DNA of 64,000 nt from Octopus sinensis (Eukaryota), in NCBI RefSeq assembly GCF_006345805.1, contig NC_043018.1, positions 3,162,001 to 3,226,000 of the forward strand, read 5' to 3'. Both the position numbers and the translations under genes were made by a program. The notes under the pieces were generated by a model, which saw only the letters and a program-made list of their open reading frames with translations, ran no database searches and had not been told where the DNA came from. The stretch's first letter is position 1. Each line of letters starts with the position of its first letter. Below, piece by piece: positions 1-11,390 of this stretch.

Positions 1-408
1 TTATTCGTTGTATTTCACTTTCCTTCCGTTAAATGTATGTTGATTCTAGTTGGAAACAGATCTTCTGTGGTTGCTTCGGAGCTATTTTTAGCACTAGAGT
101 TATCCACATAGTGGATAACTCTCTAATAATTTATATATAAATTTGTATTTTCTCCGTAGTTTTTCGTGCTAAGCCACTTGGTGTTAAATTAATGGTATTA
201 TTAAATTAATATCGATTTTTCACCCTCATTTATAATTTTATAAATTTAACTACGCGGCAGTCAATATTTTATTTGATGCGGCATACGTTTCCAATGGAGT
301 CTAGGCATGCTTTTGGCGCGGAATTTGAGACATAACTAAAAATGTAATTGGTTGGACCGCTCGTGTTTTTGACGCTCGAATCGATCTAATTAATTGCATT
401 TCTGACAA

Positions 409-484
409 ACTCTACCGAAGATTTATAGATGTAAGTGTAAGTAAAACTACATATTACATTAGTAATGAAACAATTGTATAGAGT
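409..484 (+). ncRNA. Type I hammerhead ribozyme motif (CCGAAGA core variant), array unit 1
   Basis: Stem I ACTCTA(409-414)/TAGAGT(479-484); core CCGAAGA 415-421; irregular stem II including ATGTAA/TTACAT; GAAA 467-470; palindromic helix III ACAATTGT; predicted cleavage GTA| after 478. Confidence 0.72.
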
Positions 485-902
485 CAATCTATTTTATTCG
501 TTGTATTTCACTTTCCTTCCGTTAAATGTATGTTGATTCTAGTTGGAAACAGATCTTCTGAGGTTGCTTCGGAGCTATTTTTAGCACTAGAGTTATCCAC
601 ATAGTGGATAACTCTCTAATAATTTATGTATAAATTTGTATTTTTCCGTAGTTTTTTGTGCTAAGCCACTTGGTGTTAAATTAATGGTATTATTAAATTA
701 ATATCGATTTTTCACCCTCATTTATAATTTTTTTATAAATTTAACTACGCGGCAGTCAATATTTTATTTGATGCGGCATACGTTTCCAATGGAGTCTAGG
801 CATGCTTTTGGCGCGGAATTTGAGACATAACTAAAAATGTAATTGGTTGGACCGCTCGTGTTTTTGACGCTCGAATCGATCAATTAATTGCATTTCTGAC
901 AA

Positions 903-978
903 ACTCTACCGAAGATTTATAGATGTAAGTGTAAGTAAAACTACATATTACATTAGTAATGAAACAATTGTATAGAGT
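903..978 (+). ncRNA. Type I hammerhead ribozyme motif, array unit 2
   Basis: Same motif: ACTCTA-CCGAAGA...GAAACAATTGTA|TAGAGT; predicted cleavage after 972. Confidence 0.72.
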
Positions 979-1393
979 CAATCTATTTTATTCGTTGTAT
1001 TCACTTTCCTTCCGTTAAATGTATGTTGATTTATAGTTGGAAACAGATCCTCTGTGGTTGCTTCGGAGCTATTTTTAGCACTAGAGTTATCCACATAGTG
1101 GATAACTCTCTAATAATTTATGTATAAATTTGTATTTTCTCCGTAGTTTTTTGTGCTAAGCCATTGGTGTTAAATTAATGGTATTATTAAATTAATATCG
1201 ATTTTTCACCCTCATTTATAATTTTATAAATTTAACTACGCGCAGTCAATATTTTATTTGATGCGGCATACGTTTCCAATGGAGTCTAGGCATGCTTTTG
1301 GCGCGGAATTTGAGACATAACTAAAAATGTAATTGGTTGGACCGCTCGTGTTTTTGACGCTCGAATCGATCTAATTAATTGAATTTCTGACAA

Positions 1394-1471
1394 ACTCTAC
1401 CGAAGATTTATAGATGTAAGTGTAAGTAAAACTACATATTACATAGTAATGATGAAACAATTGTATAGAGT
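1394..1471 (+). ncRNA. Type I hammerhead ribozyme motif, array unit 3
   Basis: Same motif with a small GAT insertion and 1-nt deletion in stem II; predicted cleavage after 1465. Confidence 0.65.
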
Positions 1472-1764
1472 CAATCTATTTTATTCGTTGTATTTCACTT
1501 TCCTTCCGTTAAATGATAGTTGATTCTAGTTGGAAACAGATCTTCTGTGGTTGCTTCGGAGCTATTTTTAGCACTAGAGTTATCCACATAGTGGATAATC
1601 TCTAATAATTTATGTATAAATTTGTATTTTCTCCGTAGTTTTTTGTGCTAAGCCACTTGTGTTAAATTAATGGTATTATTAAATTAATATCGATTTTTCA
1701 CCTCATTTATAATTTTATATAATATAAATATATATATATATATATATTCTTTTATTTATTATTT

Positions 1765-1889
1765 ATATACCGGAGTAACCATAAATGCGAAACAAGGTGT
1801 GAAATATAGTACTCGAATATCAGAGTTAGAATAATATGCTTATTGGCTAAACTGGCAAAATGACCATTCCGAAATATAACAATATATAT

Positions 1890-1951
<62 letters not shown>

Positions 1952-2187
1952 GTATGTATGTATGTATGTATAGTATGCTTTATTAAAAAGCAGCATAATA
2001 TCACAAAAACTGTTTCTCGGAGTTTCATGCTGACAGTTCGTCGGACAGTTACACGAGAATGTGAAACTCTGAGTAACAGTTTTTGTGATATCTTTGCTGC
2101 TTTTCATTAAAACATATTACTCTAACTCTGGTATTCGAGTACTATGTTCCCACCTTGTTTCGCATTTATGTGCTTACTCCGGTATAT
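1765..2187. mobile_element. Fold-back element (inverted arms) with hammerhead relic, probably PLE-derived; left arm interrupted by an (AT)n-containing insert
   Basis: TATACCGGAGTAA...CAGAGTTAG (1765-1830) is the reverse complement of ~2115-2187; AAAAGCAGC...GAGTTTCA (1986-2027) is the imperfect reverse complement of 2062-2104. Confidence 0.8.
2008..2050 (-). ncRNA. Degenerate type I hammerhead motif
   Basis: Minus strand AACTGT-CCGACGA-actgtcagcat-GAAACTCCGAGAA-ACAGTT with a 6-bp stem I. The plus-strand arm keeps the 3' half GAAACTCTGAGTA|ACAGTT at 2063-2081. Confidence 0.55.
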
Positions 2188-2193
2188 AATTAA

Positions 2194-2241
<48 letters not shown>

Positions 2242-2322
2242 TATATATATATGCATATATGTGTGTGTGTGTATGTACGTATATATATATGTATATATAT
2301 TATATATGTTATATATATATGT

Positions 2323-2388
<66 letters not shown>

Positions 2389-2596
2389 TTAAAAAAAGGA
2401 GATGTGGAACACGAGTTGTGATATATAAAAAAGGAAATGAAGAAAATGCTGACAAAATAATTTAAGTAAGGGAGAGTGTATTTAATTAGGGGAAAGTTCT
2501 TTACCGGTTGCGCATTTGTTATGCTTATCAAAAGATATTTTTTTAAGAGAGATAGAGTTCCTTTCTGATAGATTTTTTTCTCTTATATATATATAT

Positions 2597-2813
2597 ATTT
2601 CTTTACTACCCACAAGGGGCTAAACACAGAGGGGACAAACAAGGACAGACAAAGGGATTAAGTCGACTACATCGACCCCAGTGCGTAACTGGTACTTAAT
2701 TTATCGACCCCGAAAGGATGAAAGGCAAAGTCGACCTCGGCGGAATTTGAACTCGGAACGTAACGACAGACGAATTTCGCCCGGCGTGCTAACGTTTCTA
2801 CCAGCTCGCCGCC
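2597..2813 (-). mobile_element. tRNA-derived SINE, short family (GGCGGCGAGCTGG head)
   Basis: Minus strand A-box-like GGCGAGCTGGTAG and B-box-like GAGTTCAAATTCC; homologous to copies at 31118 and 51946. Confidence 0.9.
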
Positions 2814-3779
2814 TTTCTCTTATATATATATAGTTTAGTCACACAAGAATGGATTATATGAGAGTTTTAAAAAATTCATAACGTCTTGTATAAATGTTTT
2901 AGATGTTTGCTGTTTGTCGTGTGTTTATTTGGCAAAGGTGATCCGAGCAGATATGATGTTTTCCCACTTCTGAGAAGCATAGCGCATAATGTTATTGGTG
3001 CCTCAGACTTTTAAGTTTATAAGTGTATTTTCTATATAACTTTAAATTTTTTCATCAATGGTAGTAGAAAAACAATTTTTATAGAATTGATCTTTCATTT
3101 TCTTAAAAACAATACCATTTTTCCCCATCAACACCTTTGAATTTTAAATTTCTATGATCTAGAATCGTTAACAAAAGTCGCCAATATCGCCAGAAGTCAC
3201 ATTAATCTGAAATTCCTCATACATCACAGAATTTATTTTCTTTTTAAAATGATGCTTACTGTTAGAACAAGGATGAAACGTGCGGTTTAAATGTTTTCGT
3301 GGATAAATTTGATTGATCACTACATCTGATATATCATGGTTGTTCCTCTCTAACAATGTGGATTATTCTTTTATTAGGATAAGTGCATGCATGTACAGGG
3401 ATGATGGGCTCATGATTTTGAACAGTGCGAGTGGCAAGTAGCTAACAAGCTGAGGAAATTAATAATTACCACATTTTCCAACACAACTAGAGTTACCGTC
3501 AAAAAGGATTTTTGCATCAGTAATTTCCTGCATGCCACGCTTAAATTTAACTCCCAGTCGCATGCTGGAAGACAAAGGAAAACAAATCGCTCCGCTTTGT
3601 ACGTTGACACAATATAAATACCTAGCGAGCGTAACGACACAGGTTTCGGTTGATATTAACATACTTTAATTGCATTAACTTCTTGCGAACCCACATGGAG
3701 TATTATAACGACGCAGCATCATGAAACCAATGCTAAAATAGAATAACTTCAGAATTCTGTCTACTCACTAGTAATGGTA

Positions 3780-4078
3780 GAGGCGCAAAGGCCAAGTGGT
3801 TAGGGCAGCGGATTCGCGGTTGTAGGATCGTGGTTTCGATTCCCAGACTGGGCTCTGTGTGTGTTTATTAAGCGAAAACACCTAAAAGCTCCACTAGGCT
3901 CGGGAAGGGGGTGGTGGTGACCCCTGTCCTATTCTTTCGCCACAACTTTCTCTCACTCTCTCTTCTTGTTTCTTGAGTAACGCTGTGATGGACTGGCGTC
4001 CAATCCAGCTGGGGGGAACTCATACGCCATAGAAACCGGGAAACCGGGCCCATGAGCCTGGTTAGGCCTGAAAAGGGT
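3780..4078 (+). mobile_element. tRNA-derived SINE (GAGGCGCAA head family)
   Basis: A-box GGCCAAGTGG, B-box GGTTTCGATTCCC; head homologous to the minus-strand copy at ~52380-52531. Confidence 0.8.
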
Positions 4079-4945
4079 GACGTTTACGTATCACTAGTAA
4101 TGATAATGATGAGGATGGCGATGAATATTTTATGATAATGGTATGAATAAAATTTTAGTTTAGTTTTGAATGACGGTGTTCTTCATAAGAGTATTAGAAG
4201 TGGTTGTGTTGTTGTTAGTGCTGTTAATGTCGATGGTGGAGCTGATTGTGGTGGTTATATTTTGGAGGTGGTTTACTGTTGTTCATGATAGTTGCGGTAG
4301 TTGTGGTGAGGTTGATGATAGTGATGATCGTGGTGCTGATGCTGTTAAAGCTAGAGGGGCTCATCTTGGTTGTCATTTCTTGCTGTGTCGGATCATGAAA
4401 ATGACTTTGTTGGAAACACAGCGGCTAATGAGGATGACGCTATTGATGAGGACGACAGCATCAACGATGATGAAGAAGTACGATGATGTAGACAGTCATG
4501 CATTTCGAGACTGTGATATCAACAGTAATTAAGAGTTTGGGGAGCGTTCAAATACAAAAATACACAGAAGAGAACGATGGAGAGGTGTGTGAAAAATTAG
4601 AAGTAAAAGAATAATTGGTAATCACCTCAAATTTAAAATATTGAATGAGAATGAGAAAGGGAGGAGAACGAATCCCACAGAGCAGTAAAGCGATTCTTTC
4701 AATCAAAATGTATTAAAGATGTCAGCTTAAATGTCTTTTACGAATTGAAAACAAATACTGTGGTATTCTATCAAGCTAGTTTGCTATGTGTGTCTAGCAA
4801 CATTGATGAGCGTAAAGGAATAAACGTGGGGTGGGGGTGTTTGTTGTGAGTTTCTCTCTGTGTGTCGTTGCATGCGTCACTATGACTGGTTATATATGTA
4901 TGTATACACAAATATATGCATTCATGACAAATATATGCGTATTTA

Positions 4946-4980
<35 letters not shown>

Positions 4981-5015
4981 GAAAAGAATGGAGTTGAACG
5001 AAGATTTTATCAAAA

Positions 5016-5114
5016 TTTCTTTACTTTCGACATATGTTTCGAAGACTGCATATTCTTAATTCCGAAGGAATGAAGGTTGCATTATGCCGTCTTCCCATCA
5101 GGAAATACAAGGAA
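5016..5114 (-). ncRNA. Type I hammerhead, left arm (A9->G core lesion)
   Basis: Minus strand TTCCTTgtaTTTC-CTGATGG-GAAGAC...GTCTTC-GAAACATATGTC|GAAAgta; helix III palindrome ACATATGT intact. Confidence 0.75.
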
Positions 5115-5329
5115 CCTCTATCAGCCTCAAGACGAATAGAAGCTTCTTACCGTCTGCCTACATGGTTTCCACAGTGATAATGAGTATTTATTTAAAATAA
5201 TCCGTTATAAGCAATGACATCAAAATTGGATGCTTATAACGGATTATTTTAAATAAATACTCATTATCACTGTGGAAACCATGTAGGCAGACGGTAAGAA
5301 GCTTTTGTTCGTCTTGAGGCTGATAGAGG

Positions 5330-5428
5330 TTCTTTGTATTTCCTGATGAGAAGACGGCATAATGCAACCTTCATTCCTTCGGAATTAAGAATATGCAGTC
5401 TTCGAAACTTATGTCGAAAGTAAAGGAA
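5330..5428 (+). ncRNA. Type I hammerhead, right arm (canonical core, helix III lesion)
   Basis: TTTC(5339-42)-CTGATGA(5343-49)-GAAGAC/GTCTTC stem II-GAAA(5404-07)-CTTATGTC| (after 5415)-GAAA; distal stem I TTCTTT/AAGGAA. Confidence 0.8.
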
Positions 5429-5627
5429 TTTTGATAAAATCTTCGTTCAACACCATTCTTTTCATTTACTAGTATAAAAAAACACACAAATTTCCACACA
5501 CGAACACGGGGTTCAACCCTTGGCATGTAACTTCAACCGTGTTTTACTGAAGTGAATTTGCTACCAAGGTATCGATTAACAGAATTATCCATAGTAGGAT
5601 AATTCATTCATCTACTTAAATATATAT

Positions 5628-5660
<33 letters not shown>

Positions 5661-6781
5661 TGTTACGGAACGGACTGGAATCGCCCGTCGTCGCCCGTCC
5701 CGAACGGCTCACACAAGTTCCGCCACGGAACCCAAAGAGGCGGAGAGAGGAGACACAGATAGATACTGCCACAACCTCAACAGCACAGAGATACAGAGGC
5801 ACAACCCGAGATACAACCCAAAGAGGCAAGGCAACAACTGGCAACACTGGCTTATATTCAAACAACAGTTTATACGACAATTACAATTGTTACAACATCA
5901 AGATACATCAAAGCATGCACGTGACTACTCAATACATAATACAACAGATCAACGCATAATACAACATCATGTAACAATTCAAGAGTACACGTCCCAAGAC
6001 AACAGTTCTTTAAAATCTCTTCCTAAACATCACAATCAACAAGTCCTTTACTCTTCTTCTTCACAATGTCCTTTATCGACCACATCGACAGAGTCCCTGA
6101 CTGTTCTCTTCACTGTTCAATACACAAATCACATACCTCAATTCCTAATTGAATCTGCCAGTGTCCCATTCCTCTCAATGCTGCTAATTCCTCTGAATAC
6201 TGCTAATTCCCTTCTGTGCCGCCAAGCTTTCTCGCATCCAACTTGCTCCTAAGAATTCCAACGCTTCCAAGATTCCATCTACTCGCTCTGACTTCCAGAA
6301 TCCGACTGTCTTCTTCGAGGACCGGCCAGCGACTGCAAGATCCATCTGTGTTCTTCGACGACCGCTCAACGACTGCCCAGAACCTCACTTCCTTGTCCTG
6401 ACTTCCACTCCCTCATCTCCCTCTGTTCTACCACCTATAGTCTTTCTATTTGCTATCTGATTCCTTACTCTATCTATATCGCCTACTGTCCCTTAGTCTT
6501 ATACTCTATCTCTCTCATGACAGCTCTACCAAACTCTCTGCCTGTCCTTCTCTCCTACTGTCAATACCCTCTCCATCTGCTCTTAGATTCCCTTAATCTG
6601 TCCTCCTCTTCACTTCTTCAAGGGGTGCTTAGAATGACCTCCAATCGACCGCACAAGGCCACAGGTCATTCCAAAACCCATCAGTCCTCCATTAGACAAA
6701 AGACTGTCACATTTTCACCAGACATCATGGTGCCATTATTCCTATGTGGGTCACCAGAAATGCACCTAGCCAACCGTAACA
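5661..6781. mobile_element. Probable solo LTR (1121 bp)
   Basis: Starts TGTTACGG and ends CCGTAACA (8-bp inverted termini, TG...CA); flanked by ATATAT on both sides; non-microsatellite composition. No internal retroviral coding seen. Confidence 0.65.
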
Positions 6782-6910
6782 ATATATATGCAAAAGAAAC
6801 CGATAATATAGGTACTAGGTTTACTAAGAATAAGTCCTGGGTTCGATTTGTTCGACTAAAGGCGTTGATCCAGCATAGCTGCAAAGGACTGAAACAAATA
6901 AAAGAATATA

Positions 6911-6942
<32 letters not shown>

Positions 6943-7146
6943 GGGAGAGTTTACGAAAAAAACAAAAGACGAAGACAGGTAGTGTACAAAACAAACAGAT
7001 GTATTAGTATAACGCTCAGGAATAGAAAAAAATCTTTTACGTTTCGAGCCTACGCTCTTCTAATGAAAGGTACACAGAAAAAAACAAGGAGAGAAACAAA
7101 GAGAGAAAAAAAATGTGTATAGTGGCTAACGATCTATCATGGCGAC
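6943..7146 (-). mobile_element. ~200-bp dispersed repeat with HHR-like motif (family B)
   Basis: Homologous to 17932-18118(+), 58497-58690(+) and 62579-62768(-); motif CTTT-cattagaa-GAGCgtagGCTC-GAAACGTA-AAAG at 7033-7069. Confidence 0.75.
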
Positions 7147-9160
7147 AGCTAGACAAAAGGGTCACACCAGAATGGTCATATCTATATACATATCAACAGC
7201 TGTAAGCTTGTGAAGGTAATGTTTTTGTGAAGGTCAGTTGTTTTATCTGTATCATCTCTTTTCCATACATATGTGTCTGTTTGTGTATGTTTATGGATGT
7301 ATGTGTGTGTGTTTAAATATGTGTGAGCGAGCGCGCGTGCATGTGTGTGTGTTTCTGTGTGTTTCTGTGTGTTGCGTGTGTGTGTGTGCGTGTGTGTGTG
7401 TACTCTGAAAGTTAGAAACGGACATAGATACATAGGAAGATAAATGGAAAGGCATCAGGGAGGCAGATAGGCAGATGTTTTCGAACAACAACAACAAAAA
7501 TAGTTATTCATCATTTTTTTATCGTTTCAAGAAACCAAAATGAAATAAAAAGTGGCTTTCGAGCAGAAATAATAAACATTGATAAAGGACTATCTCCGAA
7601 CACATCTCAGACGATTTCAATTATGATTGTTAAGGTAGTGCCAAAAAGTGCCGTATTTGATACTGATTTCACTGGTGACGGTGGTGTGAGAGGCAAATAA
7701 AATTGTAAATGGAGATAATAGTATCGGCTGCAGTGGTGGTGGTCATACTCTTTGTACCTGTGTAAGTATTCGTCCAGCGTATTGTTGCCGTACTGGATAA
7801 AAGGCTTAGAGGCATTTCGTCTGTCTTTATGCTCTGAGTTGAAATTCCGCCAACGTCCAATTTGCCTTTCATCCTTTCGGGTCGTTTGACACTAAGGTTG
7901 ATACAATCAACCAGCACATTTCTCCTGCAAATTTCAGACCTTGTACCAACAGCAGTATGCACTATTTATATCCGGCCAAGGGCAACAAAGTGGCAGAATC
8001 GTTGCCGCGCCGGGAAAATACTTGGCGGCATTCTTTCCGTTTTTTCTTCTTCTGATCTCAAGTGTCACTGAAGTCGAAGTATTTCATACATTCGAAGTCG
8101 ATAAAATAAGTACCAGTTGAGCCCTGAGGCCGATGTAATTGACTGATCCACTCCCCTAAATTTTCAGGCTTTGTGTCTCTTGTCGAGATAATTATCTGCC
8201 TTCGGCCACCCACCTAAGTCTTGGCTAATTTCTGTTATTGGAGAAGAACAGGTTATTTCAATGGGGTGTACTCCTACAGTTCTTTACGTTCTTGTATGAA
8301 ATATCACGCAGGGTAAACTTGCATTTCAACCGGAACCGATAGAATAAAGTACGAGTGAGGAGCTGAGTTCAATGGTATTGATCAATCCCCTCATCACCTC
8401 GAATCGAAACCCGCTGTCCTAGGGCCTTGAATTAGAAACTTCGTATTTTCACAAGTTACGGATAGAACTTAGCCAAAATGGTTAATGACTTCGCTTAGCA
8501 ATCACGAATTCATATGTTTAATTAGCCTGTGTTGTATTTCGCACGTTTGCCTTATTTTGCCATTGCTTGATAGTGAGTGATTCTTGTAAGCGAATGAGCT
8601 TCACGGAAACTGTGCGGAAGCCTGTCGATTGACTGTACCCGTAATTCGAAAGATACAGCCTTCTAACTGAGAATTGTGTTAAAAGTAGACAGGTCTGTGG
8701 TATATTCAGCCCCTTGCGCACAGTAATTTTAATGAGTATGTAACACAGTTGAATCCACATCATCGAAACCAATGTTGATGGTGGTGGTGGTGGTGGTGGT
8801 GAAAGTATCGGTGATGTTTGGTAGTGGTGTTGATGACGGTTTTCATGGTAGTGGTGTTGATGACGGTTTTCATGGCAGTGGTGGCAGTAGTGGCGACGGA
8901 GCCTCTGATGGCGGTGTTGGTGGTTGTGGTGTTCGTGGCAGCGCATATAAGTTGTGAATAATGCGAGAATCGAAAACTAAGTTTATTTTATATCGAAATA
9001 AGTTCAAACTGTAAAATACAACCACTGCATTAAAGTCACTCGAATGTTGTTTCACACACAAAAAGGATAAACATACATACATACATATATAAATATATAT
9101 ATATATATACATATACAGACATATATATATATATATAATATATATATATATATATTATAT

Positions 9161-9194
<34 letters not shown>

Positions 9195-9539
9195 CATATA
9201 CAGACATATATATATATATGTATGAATGTATGTATATGTATATATACATAAGTAAATATATTTCTAAATGTATGTCATGTATATATATATAGGTAGGTAG
9301 ATAGGTAGGTATGTTTAACTTCAAATCGAGATAATTCATTTTAAACATTCAACTAATAGATATTTTTCAATTTTTTTTCGTGTCTGTACAATTCTTTTTG
9401 GTTTTTTTTTACTTTCCACCAAATTTGGAAACGATTTCTTCGCTTAATATCTATTTATTGATGTTTTTAATATTTTTATTGTTCTTGTTATTGTTCGAGT
9501 TGTTGTTATCAGTTTTCTATGTTATCATGTTTACTTCTC

Positions 9540-9868
9540 TTTTACCTTCTTCTTCTTCTTCTTCTTCTTCTTCTTCTTCTTCTTCTTCTTCTTCTTCTTC
9601 TTCTTCTCTTCTTCTTCTTCCTCTACTACTACTACTAATTCTTCTTTTTCTTCTTCTCCTTCTTCTTCTTCTTCTTCTTCTTCCTCTACTACTACTACTA
9701 CTACTACTAATTCTTCTTTTTCTTCTTGTTCCACTTCTACTTCTTCCTCTTCTTCTTCTTCTCTTCCTCCTCCTCCTTCTACTACTACTACTTTTTCGTC
9801 TTCATGTTTTTCGTCTCTTTTTCCTTCTCCATCGAACATTTTACTACTACTACTACTAGTAGTAGTAC

Positions 9869-9905
<37 letters not shown>

Positions 9906-10627
9906 ACAACGTTCTCTATTTGTCATCATCATTATTGCTGTTATCGATGACGATGTTGTTGATGTTGTTGAAGTTCTTTTCCATAAGGTTCGCCTTCTTT
10001 TCATTTGTTATTACCAACACTATTCTTATCATTATCCCCCATCAGCATCATTACCATCTCCACCACTACCACCACCACCATTCACCACCACCACCACCTT
10101 CACCACCATCATCATTGTCATCATCTTCACCGTCGCCGTCTTTGCCTTCATCATCCATCATCATCATCATCATCATCATCATATTCCTCGTTTATGTTCT
10201 TTCTCCTCCATTTTACTTCCATATCTTCTTCTTCCTCTTCATCGAATGTTCTACAATATCTTTTTCATTGTTGTTGTATACTAAATGTTATCACAGTTAT
10301 TATCAAACAAATGAAGCAATGTATATATTTTTTAAAAGAAATGTCTCGCCTTTCATTTATTTCATTTTTTTCTTCTTTTTGGCACTTTTTTTCCTGTTAT
10401 TTCTTTAAACGAAACAAGAGAAAATTTAAACTGGAAATAGAATTATGAAAGAAAAAAACAAGACGGCAGAGACTGAACGTTTTACGTGTATTGATTCTGT
10501 TTGTTTTTATTCAGTTGCTGTCTGGGGATGGTGATGATGAGGATGATGATGATGACGACGACGATTAGGAGGAGGATGGTGATGATGATGATGATGATGA
10601 CTACGACGACGATGATGATGAGGATGG

Positions 10628-10658
<31 letters not shown>

Positions 10659-10698
10659 GATGATGATGATGACGACGACGACGACGATGATGATGAGG

Positions 10699-10730
<32 letters not shown>

Positions 10731-10889
10731 GATGATGGTGGTGATGGTGGTGGTGGTGGTAATGATGATGATGATGGTGGTGGTGTTGATGATGACGGTG
10801 ATGGTGGTGGTGGTGGTATTGGTAGTGGTGGTGGTGATTGGGATGACGACGACGGTGACGATGAAGATAACGTTGATTATAAGGAAGAG

Positions 10890-10955
<66 letters not shown>

Positions 10956-11130
10956 ATTGATGATTATGATGATGTTGATGATGATGATGATGATGATGAC
11001 GATGGTGATGATGATGATGATGATGATGATGATGACGATGGTGATGATGACGGCAATGATTATGATAATGATGACCATCACCAGGACAAAAACGACGACG
11101 CACAGCAGCACGACAATACCGATCTCGATT
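9540..11130. repeat. Compound trinucleotide microsatellite field: (CTT)n,(CTA)n,(CTG)n,(CAT/CAC)n,(GAT/GAC/GGT)n
   Basis: Directly visible; explains the poly-S/L/M/H/I ORFs in the track. Confidence 0.95.
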
Positions 11131-11289
11131 ATGTGAGTGACAATGATTGTGACGTAGTTTTGTGGTTTACGTTCCCCTCGATCCTCAATCTCTAACTGAT
11201 GTGGCATGTGATGAGGAATTGCGAATTCGCACAACTTAATCCCAGTAAAACAAGCACAATATGGAAACTGAAGCAGTGCAGTTCTCCTA

Positions 11290-11390
11290 AATAAACAAAC
11301 ATGGGAGACGTCTTCAGGACAACAACAGGTGTTTCACAAGGATGCCTCCTCTTCCTCTCTCCCGCGCTTTTCAAAATATCCTTGGAGAAA
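11290..11390 (+). pseudogene. Non-LTR retrotransposon RT fragment (RTE/CR1-like)
   Basis: ORF 11301 begins GDVFRTTTGVSQGCLLFLSPALFKISLEK, matching the RT 'TGV.QG..LSP.LF' motif. Confidence 0.75.

Larger units (their letters stand above)
1..1718 (+). repeat. Tandem array of ~493-bp units (3.5 units visible, probably continuing upstream), each containing a hammerhead motif
   Basis: Unit start TTATTCGTTG recurs at 1, 494, 988 and 1481; units differ only by scattered substitutions and small indels; array ends in an (AT)n tract near 1720. Confidence 0.97.
4976..5468. mobile_element. Near-perfect 2x238-bp fold-back element with one hammerhead per arm (inverted PLE pLTR-like)
   Basis: Arms 4976-5213 and 5231-5468, 17-nt spacer, about 7 mismatches by manual count; left end abuts (AT)n. 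Confidence 0.92.

Noticed and set aside
99-119. TTATCCACA (bacterial DnaA box) plus an inverted near-copy in each array unit
   Set aside because: Eukaryotic repeat context with no bacterial genes; it is part of the unit hairpin and most likely coincidental.
1-1718. CRISPR-like array
   Set aside because: Whole 493-bp units repeat with no unique spacers and no cas genes.
5887-7122. ORFs within or next to the putative solo LTR
   Set aside because: Low-complexity S/L/P-rich translations without gag or pol motifs, running into SINE and microsatellite sequence.
9380-11234. Long ORFs (poly-M, poly-H, poly-I, poly-S/L)
   Set aside because: Products of trinucleotide microsatellites open in many frames on both strands.
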